Positions 9,803 to 18,939 of a stretch of DNA of 64,000 nt are shown here, one piece after another (position 1 is the first letter of the stretch; each line of letters starts with the position of its first letter). The position numbers were made by a program, and so were the translations under genes. Origin of the DNA: Candidatus Hydrogenedentota bacterium (GTDB lineage Bacteria; Hydrogenedentota; Hydrogenedentia; Hydrogenedentales; SLHB01); contig CAXXTH010000017.1 of NCBI GenBank assembly GCA_963668025.2, positions 32,001 to 96,000 on the forward strand, given 5' to 3'. The notes under the pieces were generated by a model, which worked only from the letters and a program-made list of their open reading frames with translations, was not told the DNA's origin and did no database searches.

Positions 9803-9955
9803 CTATTCCCCGCTTTCGTTGCGATCACGCAGGCGGCCAAGCATGCCCCGGATGTCAAAGGCGCCACGTATGGAGACGTAGACCGTCACGGTGGAATACC
9901 AGACGACACATGCGATGGTGAGCAGCAGCCAGAAGTTTTTTAATAAGCTCATCAT
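9803..9955 (-). CDS. Small single-TM protein, probable symporter accessory subunit (not in ORF track)
   Basis: MMSLLKNFWLLLTIACVVWYSTVTVYVSIRGAFDIRGMLGRLRDRNESGE*; ATGA overlap with the symporter stop. Confidence 0.75.
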   Translation of the reverse strand: MMSLLKNFWLLLTIACVVWYSTVTVYVSIRGAFDIRGMLGRLRDRNESGE

Positions 9956-11493
9956 GCCGTTTTCCTCCACAGTTTAAGCAGCAGGCCGATCACCTTTTTA
10001 AGCAGCGGGCCGATCACCTTTTCAAGAAGCGGACTAATCACCGGTTTGAGCAGCGAGCCAATGATCATGGCTGCGGCGGCTCCCACGTAGGCCGAAATGC
10101 CGGTGTAATAGGAATAGGGTGCTTCACCGAGCCACGCGGTGGCGTCTTGTTGTTTGAGTATGAGGAACGACACGGGGATCACCGCGCCCACGATGATGGC
10201 CCCGCCCGCGCCCCAGCTATTGGCGCGCTTCCAGTAGCAGCATGCGATCAAGAGCGTGGACATGCTCGACAGATAAATGGTGCCCGTGATGGTGAGGTAA
10301 TCCCACACCGAGCCTTGCAGGGGATACCATAATCCGTACACCAGTAAAAACACCCCGATGCATCCCACGATGCAGCGGCTCCAAAGGAGCCCCTTGCGTT
10401 CGCTCCAAACTGTTTTGCGGAATGGAGCCAGGATGTCGTTGTAGATCACGCTGCCCCAGGTTAGCATGTATGAGGAATCGGTCGACATATCCGCCGCGAG
10501 CATCGCCGCGATGAGCAGGCCCATGAGGCCTACGGGCACGACGCTCGATAGGAACATAGGCATGGCGCGCATAGTGTTTCCGCTCACGGCATCCGGGGCA
10601 AGCGTGGCTAGAGCGGCTACGCCCCACAACACGGGAATCAGGAAACGGCATACGAAGAAGAAACTCGTGCGGGTGTATACCTTTAAACCGGTGGCCGTGT
10701 CTTTCGCTGCCAGCAAGCGCTGGACGGTGGTCTGCCAGGTGAGGACCGCGGCGAGGTTCACCAGCGCATTAAATAGCACATACGGCCAGCCCATTTCGCT
10801 GTTCACGAAGGGATTAAATCCGCCCGCGCCGTAATGGGTTTCCACAGTCTCCACCAGCGTGCCCCAGCCGATTGTGACGAGAATGAGAATCGTCACCGCA
10901 AGGAGCCCCACGCTCATGACAATAAATTGGAGAAAATCCGTGATTAATACGGAAAGCATGCCCCCGAGGATGGTGTAGACCGCCACGCCCACCAGCAACA
11001 CCGTCATGATGATTTCCAAATTATAACCGTCGGGATTCAAGCCCGCCACGAGCACGAGAAATTCGCCGCCCGTGCGCAGGAAGATGCCCATGTTGAGCAG
11101 GCCGCCCAGTACGATGACCACACCCGCCAGCCAGCGGATTTTTTTACCGAACTGGCGGTCAAACATTTCCGGCACCGTCATCACGCCTGAGTCGCGCAGA
11201 GGCCGCATGCAGAAGCCCGTCTTGCCCACCACGAACATCCAGAAGGCCATCAGAATGCCGGGCACGGCCCCCGAGAAGCCCTTGTCATACCCGTTCTGCG
11301 CGGTGTACATGCAGGTGACGATGCCGAACTCGGTGGCCGCCAGCGATGCGATGCCCAAGTACAGGTTCATTTCGCGCCCAGCGATGAGGAAATCCTCGAC
11401 TTTCCCCACATAACGGCGCACCATGATGCCCGCCGCCATCGTTCCCGCCAGATACAGTCCGATGATGCCGCCGTCTAACAGGCTCAAATGCAT
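9952..11493 (-). CDS. Sodium:solute symporter (SSS) family protein
   Basis: DFLIAGR, LITDFLQF and AAMLAADMST motifs; many TM segments. Confidence 0.92.
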   Translation of the reverse strand: MHLSLLDGGIIGLYLAGTMAAGIMVRRYVGKVEDFLIAGREMNLYLGIASLAATEFGIVTCMYTAQNGYDKGFSGAVPGILMAFWMFVVGKTGFCMRPLRDSGVMTVPEMFDRQFGKKIRWLAGVVIVLGGLLNMGIFLRTGGEFLVLVAGLNPDGYNLEIIMTVLLVGVAVYTILGGMLSVLITDFLQFIVMSVGLLAVTILILVTIGWGTLVETVETHYGAGGFNPFVNSEMGWPYVLFNALVNLAAVLTWQTTVQRLLAAKDTATGLKVYTRTSFFFVCRFLIPVLWGVAALATLAPDAVSGNTMRAMPMFLSSVVPVGLMGLLIAAMLAADMSTDSSYMLTWGSVIYNDILAPFRKTVWSERKGLLWSRCIVGCIGVFLLVYGLWYPLQGSVWDYLTITGTIYLSSMSTLLIACCYWKRANSWGAGGAIIVGAVIPVSFLILKQQDATAWLGEAPYSYYTGISAYVGAAAAMIIGSLLKPVISPLLEKVIGPLLKKVIGLLLKLWRKTA

Positions 11494-11576
11494 GCGGAAT
11501 ATCCCCTTTGGTTGATTTGCTTCGTTTATGTTCGATTATAATAATTGTGTTTACGCTCTTCCACCTATCACCATAC

Positions 11577-11780
11577 AAAATTTTGTAACACTTTAGCCAA
11601 GTGAAGCGGCATTGGATGGTTTCTGCCTTGTTCATTGCATCGCAACGAGATAGATGCATTATATTCCATATATCGACCGCTGGGGGCAGCGGTCCCACAC
11701 TTTTTTATAGTAATCAATGTGTGGGACCGGCGCCCTCGCCGGTCATGCTTCACCACTTGGCTAAAGTGTTACAAATTTTT
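11577..11780. repeat. ~200-bp intergenic palindromic element
   Basis: Perfect 22-bp inverted repeat 11582-11603/11754-11775 plus an inner 11-bp inverted repeat 11690-11700/11719-11729. Confidence 0.85.
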
Positions 11781-11794
11781 TCATGCTTTGGAAA

Positions 11795-12892
11795 TCACGG
11801 CTGGTATGCCCGAACCGCATCCATGAGCGTATTGGCCTCTTTCTCCCCAGGCGTTTGCCGCACATTATACAACACCCCGCCCGTCAATTCCCTGTTGCGG
11901 AGGGCGTCGCGGAAAGATTCATAGGGGACCGAACACACCAGCGGCATATCGCCAAGCTGGCGGCGCAACTGTGGCAGCACCTCAAACGCCAGCGGATATC
12001 CACGGTCATCCCCCAGATACACGGCTTTCAATCCGCGGACATCCCGGATGGCGTCCAGCAGGTGCCGGCCGTTTCCATGAATATGCACGACGCCGCCGTC
12101 GAACTCGGAAAAGATGCGTTCGAGCACGCCCCGGCCCCATTCATCAAAACACGCCGTCGAGGCCATGTGGAAAGGGTCCACGCTTTCGGAAACAATCCGG
12201 CCAGGAAGCCATTGCGCCATGTTGCTGCATGTCCCGCCGCATACGAAAGGCGCATTTTCGAAGAAAAAGGCCTGCACTTTTTTATTAAGCTCGAATGCAA
12301 AGTCCAATACAAGGCGCACCTGTTCCGGATGCTCCAGCATCTCGACATACGCGCGTGTCGCCCCAAAAAGTTCAAACAAAAAATTAATCCCGTTGATTAA
12401 AATGAAATGGCTAAGGCCAAATTTCCCGCTCGCTCCATCCGCAAAGATAGCGAGCTGCTTCTTGAAAAGGCAAAACCACTCCGCATCATCATCCAGGCGC
12501 AAATGGGGAAATTCGGCCCATTCATTCATGAAAGGCATCACCATGGACGAAATCCAGCCCGTTTCCGGATCGTAAATAAAATGGGGTTTCGCCCCTACCA
12601 TGCCCCCGTACAATCCTTGGTCCATTTCGGAGAGATAGGCGCTCGGCACCGAGTCATCGAAAATAGCTCGTTTTTCGCTCAAATAACGGTCCCAAAAAAT
12701 GGCCCGCTCCTCCAGCTCTGGGAATTCACATGGGCCTGCCGGATGGCTGGCGCGAAATTCTTCCAGCGTCTTGCTTGGGACCTGAAAAGAAGCCAGCACG
12801 ATAGGAGCGCGTTCATCCAGCCATTTTTTCAGCCGGGCGGCCGTCTCTTCCAGATAAGGGCAATACTCAAGATTTTTTTCAATTGTTTGCAT
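11795..12892 (-). CDS. Uroporphyrinogen decarboxylase-like (URO-D/MtaA superfamily) protein
   Basis: YVEMLEHPEQV, SVDPFHMASTACFDEWG and VVHIHGNG patterns. Confidence 0.7.
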   Translation of the reverse strand: MQTIEKNLEYCPYLEETAARLKKWLDERAPIVLASFQVPSKTLEEFRASHPAGPCEFPELEERAIFWDRYLSEKRAIFDDSVPSAYLSEMDQGLYGGMVGAKPHFIYDPETGWISSMVMPFMNEWAEFPHLRLDDDAEWFCLFKKQLAIFADGASGKFGLSHFILINGINFLFELFGATRAYVEMLEHPEQVRLVLDFAFELNKKVQAFFFENAPFVCGGTCSNMAQWLPGRIVSESVDPFHMASTACFDEWGRGVLERIFSEFDGGVVHIHGNGRHLLDAIRDVRGLKAVYLGDDRGYPLAFEVLPQLRRQLGDMPLVCSVPYESFRDALRNRELTGGVLYNVRQTPGEKEANTLMDAVRAYQP

Positions 12893-13198
12893 TGGTTTCC
12901 TCTAGCCTTTATGTGGGTGTAGCCAATCCAGAATCCCCGTCCGGTAAGGATAACGGTATTTATGACGTTTGGATATAGCGTATTCCGCCAATTTATTTAG
13001 CAGATTGAATCATCGCCGCCGCCGGGGGAAGAGGCAGAAAGCGTCTAGCGGCTTGCGATTGCGGGGATTTTAAAAACAGTAGTTTCTCGAGGAAATCCGT
13101 TTATTTTGATTTTTGGTGGCACTTTAGCTGCTTGAAGTAAAAGCATCGGGACGGTTTTTGAACGGAGAATACATAATAATCGCCGATGATGGAAAAAA

Positions 13199-13234
13199 TT
13201 TTTCTTAGACTTGATTTACAAGAGGAAACAAGAT
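13199..13234 (+). repeat. Solo degenerate copy of the repeat that flanks the GxxExxY gene
   Basis: ttagacttgatttacaagaggaaacaagat versus ttagacatgatttacaagatgaacaagat at 51592. Confidence 0.7.
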
Positions 13235-13394
13235 CATTCCGCTAAAGTATTACGAATTTCGAACCTCGCTGAATGCAGAGACGCCAAGCAAGCAAGTGGC
13301 TGGCATGAATGCCGTTTTCTGCATATGGACGCTTTGTATAAACGTTGCTATCCTGCCTGAATTTTCATCCGGCGGCACTACGTTGGACTGGCCC

Positions 13395-14357
13395 TTAGCA
13401 CGCCAGCACGATTTTCCCAAACGCCTTTTGTTGTATGACCGCGTCATGGGCGGCGGGCGCTTCGGCCAGCGGGAATTCTTTCCCGATCACCGGAATCAGC
13501 GCGCCTTGCGCCAGGAGGCGGTCGATGGCGTTGAAGGCTTCGGCAATCTCATGTTCGGGCACGCCGCGCGGGCCTAATCCCCGAATATCCGCGTTGCGCA
13601 TCATGAGGTCGCGGGCGTTGATCTCGACGGGTCCGCGGCTGCCCACGACGACCACCCGGCCACGCACGGCCAAGAGCTTACAGTCCGCGCCCAGGTTCAC
13701 ATTGGCGAGCATCTCGATGATGATATCCGCGCCTTTCCCGCCGGTGGCTTCGAGGATGGCGTCCTGATAACCCGCTTCGTGGTGGTTGAAGGCCGCATCC
13801 ACGCCTTGCTCGCCGAGCAGGCGCATGCCTGCTTCGGAGCCTGCCGTGCCGAACACGCGCAATTTCGCCGCCCGGGCGAGCTGGATGGCCGCGACACCCA
13901 CCCCGCCGCTCGCGCCATGAACGAGCACGGTCTCGCCCGATTGCGCGCCTCCCCGCGCGAACAGGGCGCGGTGCGCCGTGCCGTAAGGAACGCCTATTGC
14001 CGCGCCTTGCGCAAAGGATAACGCCGCCGGAAGGGGATGCACCTGCGCCGCGCGGCACAGGCAATATTCGGCGTATGTCCCGGTAAGCGCATGATGGACG
14101 TAGACTCGTGCGCCCGGCGCAGCGCCTTCCGCATCCGCGTCTACAGACGCGATAACGCCCGCGCCATCCATGCCCGGCGTATAAGGCAAGGCGGGGCTAT
14201 ATCCTTGCGCGCCCGAGCGCAAGTAGGTGTCCACGGGATTCACGCCCGCCGCATGGAGGCGGACTACGATTTCGCCCGCGCCCGCGGCAAGTTCGGGCAC
14301 ATCCTCGAACACCATGACCTCGGGTGCGCCTGTTTCATGTACGCGAATCGCTTTCAT
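13395..14357 (-). CDS. NADPH:quinone reductase (zeta-crystallin family)
   Basis: GVNPVDTY, PGMDGAG, VHGASGGVG and GKIVL motifs. Confidence 0.93.
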   Translation of the reverse strand: MKAIRVHETGAPEVMVFEDVPELAAGAGEIVVRLHAAGVNPVDTYLRSGAQGYSPALPYTPGMDGAGVIASVDADAEGAAPGARVYVHHALTGTYAEYCLCRAAQVHPLPAALSFAQGAAIGVPYGTAHRALFARGGAQSGETVLVHGASGGVGVAAIQLARAAKLRVFGTAGSEAGMRLLGEQGVDAAFNHHEAGYQDAILEATGGKGADIIIEMLANVNLGADCKLLAVRGRVVVVGSRGPVEINARDLMMRNADIRGLGPRGVPEHEIAEAFNAIDRLLAQGALIPVIGKEFPLAEAPAAHDAVIQQKAFGKIVLAC

Positions 14358-14436
14358 CGCACATTCCTCTCCCCTGCGGTTATGCCGCTTGCCGTTACTT
14401 ATGCAAAAAAGTATACACTCTAATACACTATCACAA

Positions 14437-14464
14437 TGTCATTCCCGCGAAAGCGGGAATCCAG
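14437..14464. repeat. REP-like palindrome TGTCATTCCCGCGAAAGCGGGAATCCAG
   Basis: ATTCCCGC-GAAA-GCGGGAAT hairpin; degenerate relative at 48542-48560. Confidence 0.75.
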
Positions 14465-14556
14465 AGTGCTTTCGCTGGGATGTCTATATATTGTTTTCTA
14501 GTTTATATATTCAAATACATAAATGGCTGCCATCTTCGCCATGTCCCATGCACCTT

Positions 14557-15498
14557 TTACTCCCCGTCCGCGTTTTTCAGTTCATTATAGAACTCGCTGA
14601 ACGTATCGCCATGCACGCCTTTCATGAAGGCCATGGCGGCGCGGGGGTGTTTGTTGAGCATGCCGGTGATGGCGTAGGGCGTCTCGTAGCCCCAGCGCAG
14701 CTTTTGCTTTAGCGGTTCGAAATAGCGCTGCACGAGATCAAGCACGGGCCGCACGTCGAATTTGGGATTGCGTAAAAATCCCATCATCAACTCGAGGGGG
14801 CAATTGCCAGCCGCCCGGCCGATGCCATAAATCGTGGCGTCCAGATAGGTGGCCCCATGGAGCAGGGCCTCGATGGTGTTGCTGAAGGCCAGTTGCTGGT
14901 TGTTATGGGTGTGGACGCCGAATTGCTTGCCTGGCAGGCGGGAAATGTATTTTTCACAGTAATAGCGCACCTGCTCGGAATAGAAATACCCGAAGCTGTC
15001 CACGAAATAAACCATGTCCACCTCCGCACCCGCGATCTGATCGAGCGCCGAGTCCAGGTCCACCTCGATGGCGTGTGAGACGGCCATGATGTTGATGGCG
15101 GTGGTATAGCCGAGATCCTTCACGTGCCGCGCGAGGCGGAGGGCCTCGTCGATGTCATTGATATAAGTGGCCACGCGCACCAGGTCCACGATGCTCTCCT
15201 CTGCGGGCAGGAAGCTGTCGTAATCCGTGCGGCCCACGTCGCACATGATGGCCACTTTCGTGTTGCAGGGATAGGCCACATCGCGCAGGTCATCTTCATC
15301 CGAGAAACGCCACGGGCCGAAATCGTCCGTGGAATACTGCTTTTTGTCGGCGCGGTAGCCCAGTTCGACATAGTCCACGCCTGCCCGGGCGAGGCCGTCG
15401 AAGACGTCTTTCACGAGCGCCTTATCGAAACGCCATTCGTTCATCAATCCGCCGTCGCGAATGGTGCAATCCAATACTTTCACTTCCGGCCGGTACAT
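14557..15498 (-). CDS. DRE-TIM / HMGL-like aldolase (4-hydroxy-2-oxovalerate aldolase-like)
   Basis: LDCTIRDGG, HTHNN and GIGRAAGNCPLE motifs. Confidence 0.88.
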   Translation of the reverse strand: MYRPEVKVLDCTIRDGGLMNEWRFDKALVKDVFDGLARAGVDYVELGYRADKKQYSTDDFGPWRFSDEDDLRDVAYPCNTKVAIMCDVGRTDYDSFLPAEESIVDLVRVATYINDIDEALRLARHVKDLGYTTAINIMAVSHAIEVDLDSALDQIAGAEVDMVYFVDSFGYFYSEQVRYYCEKYISRLPGKQFGVHTHNNQQLAFSNTIEALLHGATYLDATIYGIGRAAGNCPLELMMGFLRNPKFDVRPVLDLVQRYFEPLKQKLRWGYETPYAITGMLNKHPRAAMAFMKGVHGDTFSEFYNELKNADGE

Positions 15499-15564
15499 GG
15501 CGTGGGTTCTCCTATACTATATTGCTGTTTTGAAGACGGTGCGGCCTGTTCGCCGCACCCGTTC

Positions 15565-15610
15565 TAGCATGGCCGTCCCCGTCATGTGCATGGGCGGGAC
15601 GCCCATGCCA
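15565..15610. repeat. REP doublet (GTAGCATGG...CCATG family)
   Basis: tagcatggccgtccccgtcatg followed by the inverted copy catgggcgggacgcccatgcca; same family at 44825-44847. Confidence 0.7.
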
Positions 15611-15630
15611 GAAAAATGATCAAAACAAAT

Positions 15631-16635
15631 TCATTCGCTTGCCACTTCATCGCCGGACTCCAGTTTGTCATCTTCCGGGGCCTCCGGCGCAGGAAATAGC
15701 GGGCAATTTATACAGTGTTCTTGCGGTGATGAAAAAAGCTTGGCCTGCCTGCGTTTCATATCCTCTTGGAAAAAACCGCCCGCGCCGCGATGAAACGCTT
15801 GCAACATGCGGCCCATGCGGCGCTCCAGCGCCATTTTCAGATCCTGAAAAGCGGATGCAGGCGGCGCGCTGGGCGTATGCGCGGCGGAGTCCTGCGACGA
15901 TTCAGCCACATAATCGCGCAACACCCGCAGATCATTCCACAAGCCTAGCGATTCTTGCGCGGCCTTCAAATGTTTAATAAAGCTGCTCATCGGCTTGCCA
16001 TACAGCTTCTCATGGCATTCGCATGCATACCGCAGCTTTTTGAAACACACGCGCACCCGATGCAGATGCTCTTCGTCCGGCTGCTCTTCCCATCGTGTGT
16101 AAGCTTTATGCACGCGCTTGTGCAACTTGCCAATCGATTTGCGGGCATGTTCGAGCAAGCATTTCTTCGATGCATGGCGGCTCTCGTCTAGTTCCACCCG
16201 CATCCGCTCGAAATCCGGCGCATCCGCCAGCGCGCACGCTGCTTGCACTTGAGGCGCGGTTTCCTTGCGCAAACGGTCCATATATCGTATCGAGAATGTG
16301 GCCGCCCGCCGTATATCCCCCCTGAATTGCGGGCGGATGTGCTGGAGCAGCAGCATGCTGACATCCAGCTCGCGGGCTTTCCCCAAGAGCCGTGTGATGG
16401 CGGCCGCCCGCTCCGTGAAATCACGCCGGGCCTTCTTGGCATGCACAAGGGCCGTTTCGTTGAGGGCGCTCCGCAGCCGGCGCGACGCGACGCGGAGGTC
16501 GTGGATGCCGTCCACGTCCTGCCTGCGCGCGGCGCTGGCCAATTGGCGTATTTTCTCCGTGCAGACATCCAGCAAGCGAGCCGCTTCTTCCACCGCCACA
16601 ACACAACCTGTGGCGCTCTGCGCCTCTTCATCCAT
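15631..16635 (-). CDS. CHAD domain (polyphosphate-binding) protein
   Basis: IHDLRVASRRLRS, LGKARELDV, LHRVRVCFKKLRY and QESLGLWNDLRV motifs; start uncertain. Confidence 0.9.
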   Translation of the reverse strand: MDEEAQSATGCVVAVEEAARLLDVCTEKIRQLASAARRQDVDGIHDLRVASRRLRSALNETALVHAKKARRDFTERAAAITRLLGKARELDVSMLLLQHIRPQFRGDIRRAATFSIRYMDRLRKETAPQVQAACALADAPDFERMRVELDESRHASKKCLLEHARKSIGKLHKRVHKAYTRWEEQPDEEHLHRVRVCFKKLRYACECHEKLYGKPMSSFIKHLKAAQESLGLWNDLRVLRDYVAESSQDSAAHTPSAPPASAFQDLKMALERRMGRMLQAFHRGAGGFFQEDMKRRQAKLFSSPQEHCINCPLFPAPEAPEDDKLESGDEVASE

Positions 16636-17060
16636 GGCTGGCCCTTTCATGCTCGAAAAAGAACTCAAGCAACCAGCCTACCCGTCATTCACGGCGGCTG
16701 TCAAACACCTATTTCATGTCCCGGGAGAAGCGCTGAAGGGGTCTCGAAACCACCGGTTAGGGCATTTGAAATGTAGTGAACGGCTTGACTTACGAAATGG
16801 GCATATGCCATACTTCCCCGGATTGTGGAATGAAAAGGGAAAGGCCCTGGCAGGCCATATCGATACGCCAGGGCGGAGAATGGATTCCCCGAGGCGGTAT
16901 CGCCTATCTACATGGCCTTGGCTCCATCAATCATAATACCTGAAGGCGTGCTCGATCCATCTGGTGAAGATTGGTTTACATACACGGGAATACCGTAGCA
17001 AAAAAACGGCAATACCATCGCGTATAACGCTCAACAAAACGGGTGAAAGGAACAGTGAAC

Positions 17061-18056
17061 ATGGCTACCAAGATTGGCATCAACGGATTTGGCCGCATCG
17101 GCCGCAACGTTTTCAAAATCCTCATGGACAACCCCTCGTTTGAGGTGGTTGGCATCAACGACCTTACCGACGCCAAGACGCTTGCGCACTTGCTCAAGTA
17201 TGACAGCACGTACGGCGTATATGGCAAGAAAGTGGAAGCCGTTGATGGCGCTATCATCGTTGATGGCAAAAAGATCATCATCAGCGCGGAAAAAGACCCG
17301 GCCAATCTGCCTTGGGGAACTCTTGGCGCGGAGTTGGTGCTCGAGTCCACCGGCGTGTTCACGTCGAAGGAAGCCTGCCTGAAGCACATCGCCGCTGGCG
17401 CAAAAAAAGTCCTCTTGAGCGTTCCTCCTAAGGACGAAGTGGACGCCATCGTCGTGATGGGCGTGAATGACGACACGCTGAAAGCCACCGATCAGGTCGT
17501 CTCGAATGCAAGCTGCACGACGAACTGCCTGGCCCCGATGGCGAAAGTCATCCATGAGGCCTTCGGCATCAAACGCGGCCTCATGAACACCATCCATGCC
17601 TACACGAACGACCAGCGCGTGCTGGATATGCCGCACAAGGACCTGCGCCGCGCCCGCACGGCCGCGAATTCCGTCATCCCGACAACGACCGGCGCCGCCC
17701 GCGCGGTTGGCAAAGTGTTGCCGGCCCTCAAAGGCAAGCTCGATGGTTTCTCGATGCGCGTTCCCGTCATCGATGGCTCGGTCGTGGACCTGACGGCGGA
17801 ACTCGAAAAGAACGTCACGATTGCGGAAATCAACGAGGCCATCAAGACGGCGGCCGAAGGCCCGCTCAAAGGCATCCTGAGCTACTGCACCGATCCGATC
17901 GTGTCCTGCGACATCATCGGCAACACGCACTCGAGCATCTTCGACTCGCTCCTGACCATGGTCATGGACGGCAATATGGTGAAGGTCGTCTCGTGGTACG
18001 ACAACGAGATGGGTTACTCGAGTCGTTGCGTCGACCTGTTCAAGAAAATGGCCTAA
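17061..18056 (+). CDS. gap: Type I glyceraldehyde-3-phosphate dehydrogenase
   Basis: [22 protein letters not shown] and WYDNE motifs. Confidence 0.99.
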   Translation: MATKIGINGFGRIGRNVFKILMDNPSFEVVGINDLTDAKTLAHLLKYDSTYGVYGKKVEAVDGAIIVDGKKIIISAEKDPANLPWGTLGAELVLESTGVFTSKEACLKHIAAGAKKVLLSVPPKDEVDAIVVMGVNDDTLKATDQVVSNASCTTNCLAPMAKVIHEAFGIKRGLMNTIHAYTNDQRVLDMPHKDLRRARTAANSVIPTTTGAARAVGKVLPALKGKLDGFSMRVPVIDGSVVDLTAELEKNVTIAEINEAIKTAAEGPLKGILSYCTDPIVSCDIIGNTHSSIFDSLLTMVMDGNMVKVVSWYDNEMGYSSRCVDLFKKMA

Positions 18057-18066
18057 CACTTCCATC

Positions 18067-18101
18067 GGGCTCGCGCGGGACCACCGCGCGAGCCCTTTTT
18101 T
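18067..18101 (+). terminator. Rho-independent terminator after gap
   Basis: GGGCTCGCGCGG...CCGCGCGAGCCC followed by a T run. Confidence 0.85.
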
Positions 18102-18115
18102 GAGGTTGGAATGCT

Positions 18116-18889
18116 ATGGAAGAAAAGACAGAACAAACTGCTGCTTTCATGATCAGTGAAATTGGAAAACCTGACTCACTAGAGCGTAGGCGCAGTGATA
18201 ATGTTTTGGATTTTATAGTACAGCCGGCTTTAGAAGCAAAAGGATATAAGATTATAAGATCAGACCACATTTGTAAATTAGGCGAGATCACGAGGCAGGT
18301 AATAGACGCCATTCTAGAAGCTCCTTTCCTTGTAGCTGATCTCACAAATCATAATCCAAATGTATTCTATGAGTTAGCGGTAGCGCATGCATATGCCAAA
18401 CCGGTAATACAAATGATTCAATATGGTCAAGAGCTTCCATTTGACGTGTCGATGATGAGATGCATTTATTTTGATTATGCCGATTTGCGTAGCGCAGACA
18501 ATGCTAAAGCAGAAATAATGAAGTATATAGATGAAATTGTGCGGGGTGAATTCGGGGACCCAACACCTATTTCAGAAACCTATTTTGGAAAGGCCATTCG
18601 TGAAACTCCCAGTCAAGACAATGAGATTTTAGTGCATACATACGAATTATTACGTTCGGTATCTGAGAGACAAATTCAGTTAGAAAAGAGAGTTAATACT
18701 CTTTCTTCTTCTATAGACCAACTCGGAGTACTCCGGGGGAAAGATGGGTCGATTCATCTCCAGCCGAATTTTGAAATTCTTTCTGAGGGGCCATCATCTT
18801 TGGAAAGATTACTTAGATCTGATCACTCCTTTACGGGACTTGATGGATCTTCGTTGAGCAAGGCCTATGGGTCTTTGCATAGTGCTTAA
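18116..18889 (+). CDS. Nucleoside 2-deoxyribosyltransferase-like domain protein with coiled-coil tail; AT-rich insertion
   Basis: IRSD...VADLTNHNPNVFYELAVAHA...LPFDV motif. Confidence 0.8.
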   Translation: MEEKTEQTAAFMISEIGKPDSLERRRSDNVLDFIVQPALEAKGYKIIRSDHICKLGEITRQVIDAILEAPFLVADLTNHNPNVFYELAVAHAYAKPVIQMIQYGQELPFDVSMMRCIYFDYADLRSADNAKAEIMKYIDEIVRGEFGDPTPISETYFGKAIRETPSQDNEILVHTYELLRSVSERQIQLEKRVNTLSSSIDQLGVLRGKDGSIHLQPNFEILSEGPSSLERLLRSDHSFTGLDGSSLSKAYGSLHSA

Positions 18890-18939
18890 CAGAATGCACT
18901 TGTTAAAATGAATATATTGACTGAGGGAGAGACCTAACT

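Noticed and set aside
12893-13394. Possible ncRNA or riboswitch in the 500-bp intergenic region; likewise 16670-17060 upstream of gap
   Set aside because: No recognisable conserved motif apart from the solo repeat; a covariance-model search would be needed.
17031-18065. 344-aa antisense ORF over gap, and similar long shadow ORFs (20406-21464, 59108-60478, 5578-6630)
   Set aside because: Expected by-product of GC-rich codon bias opposite real genes; no recognisable motifs.
18883-18908. Integron attC-like site after the NDT-like gene (gcttaac...gttaaaa)
   Set aside because: Far too short for an attC, the second box does not fit GTTRRRY, and no integrase is present.
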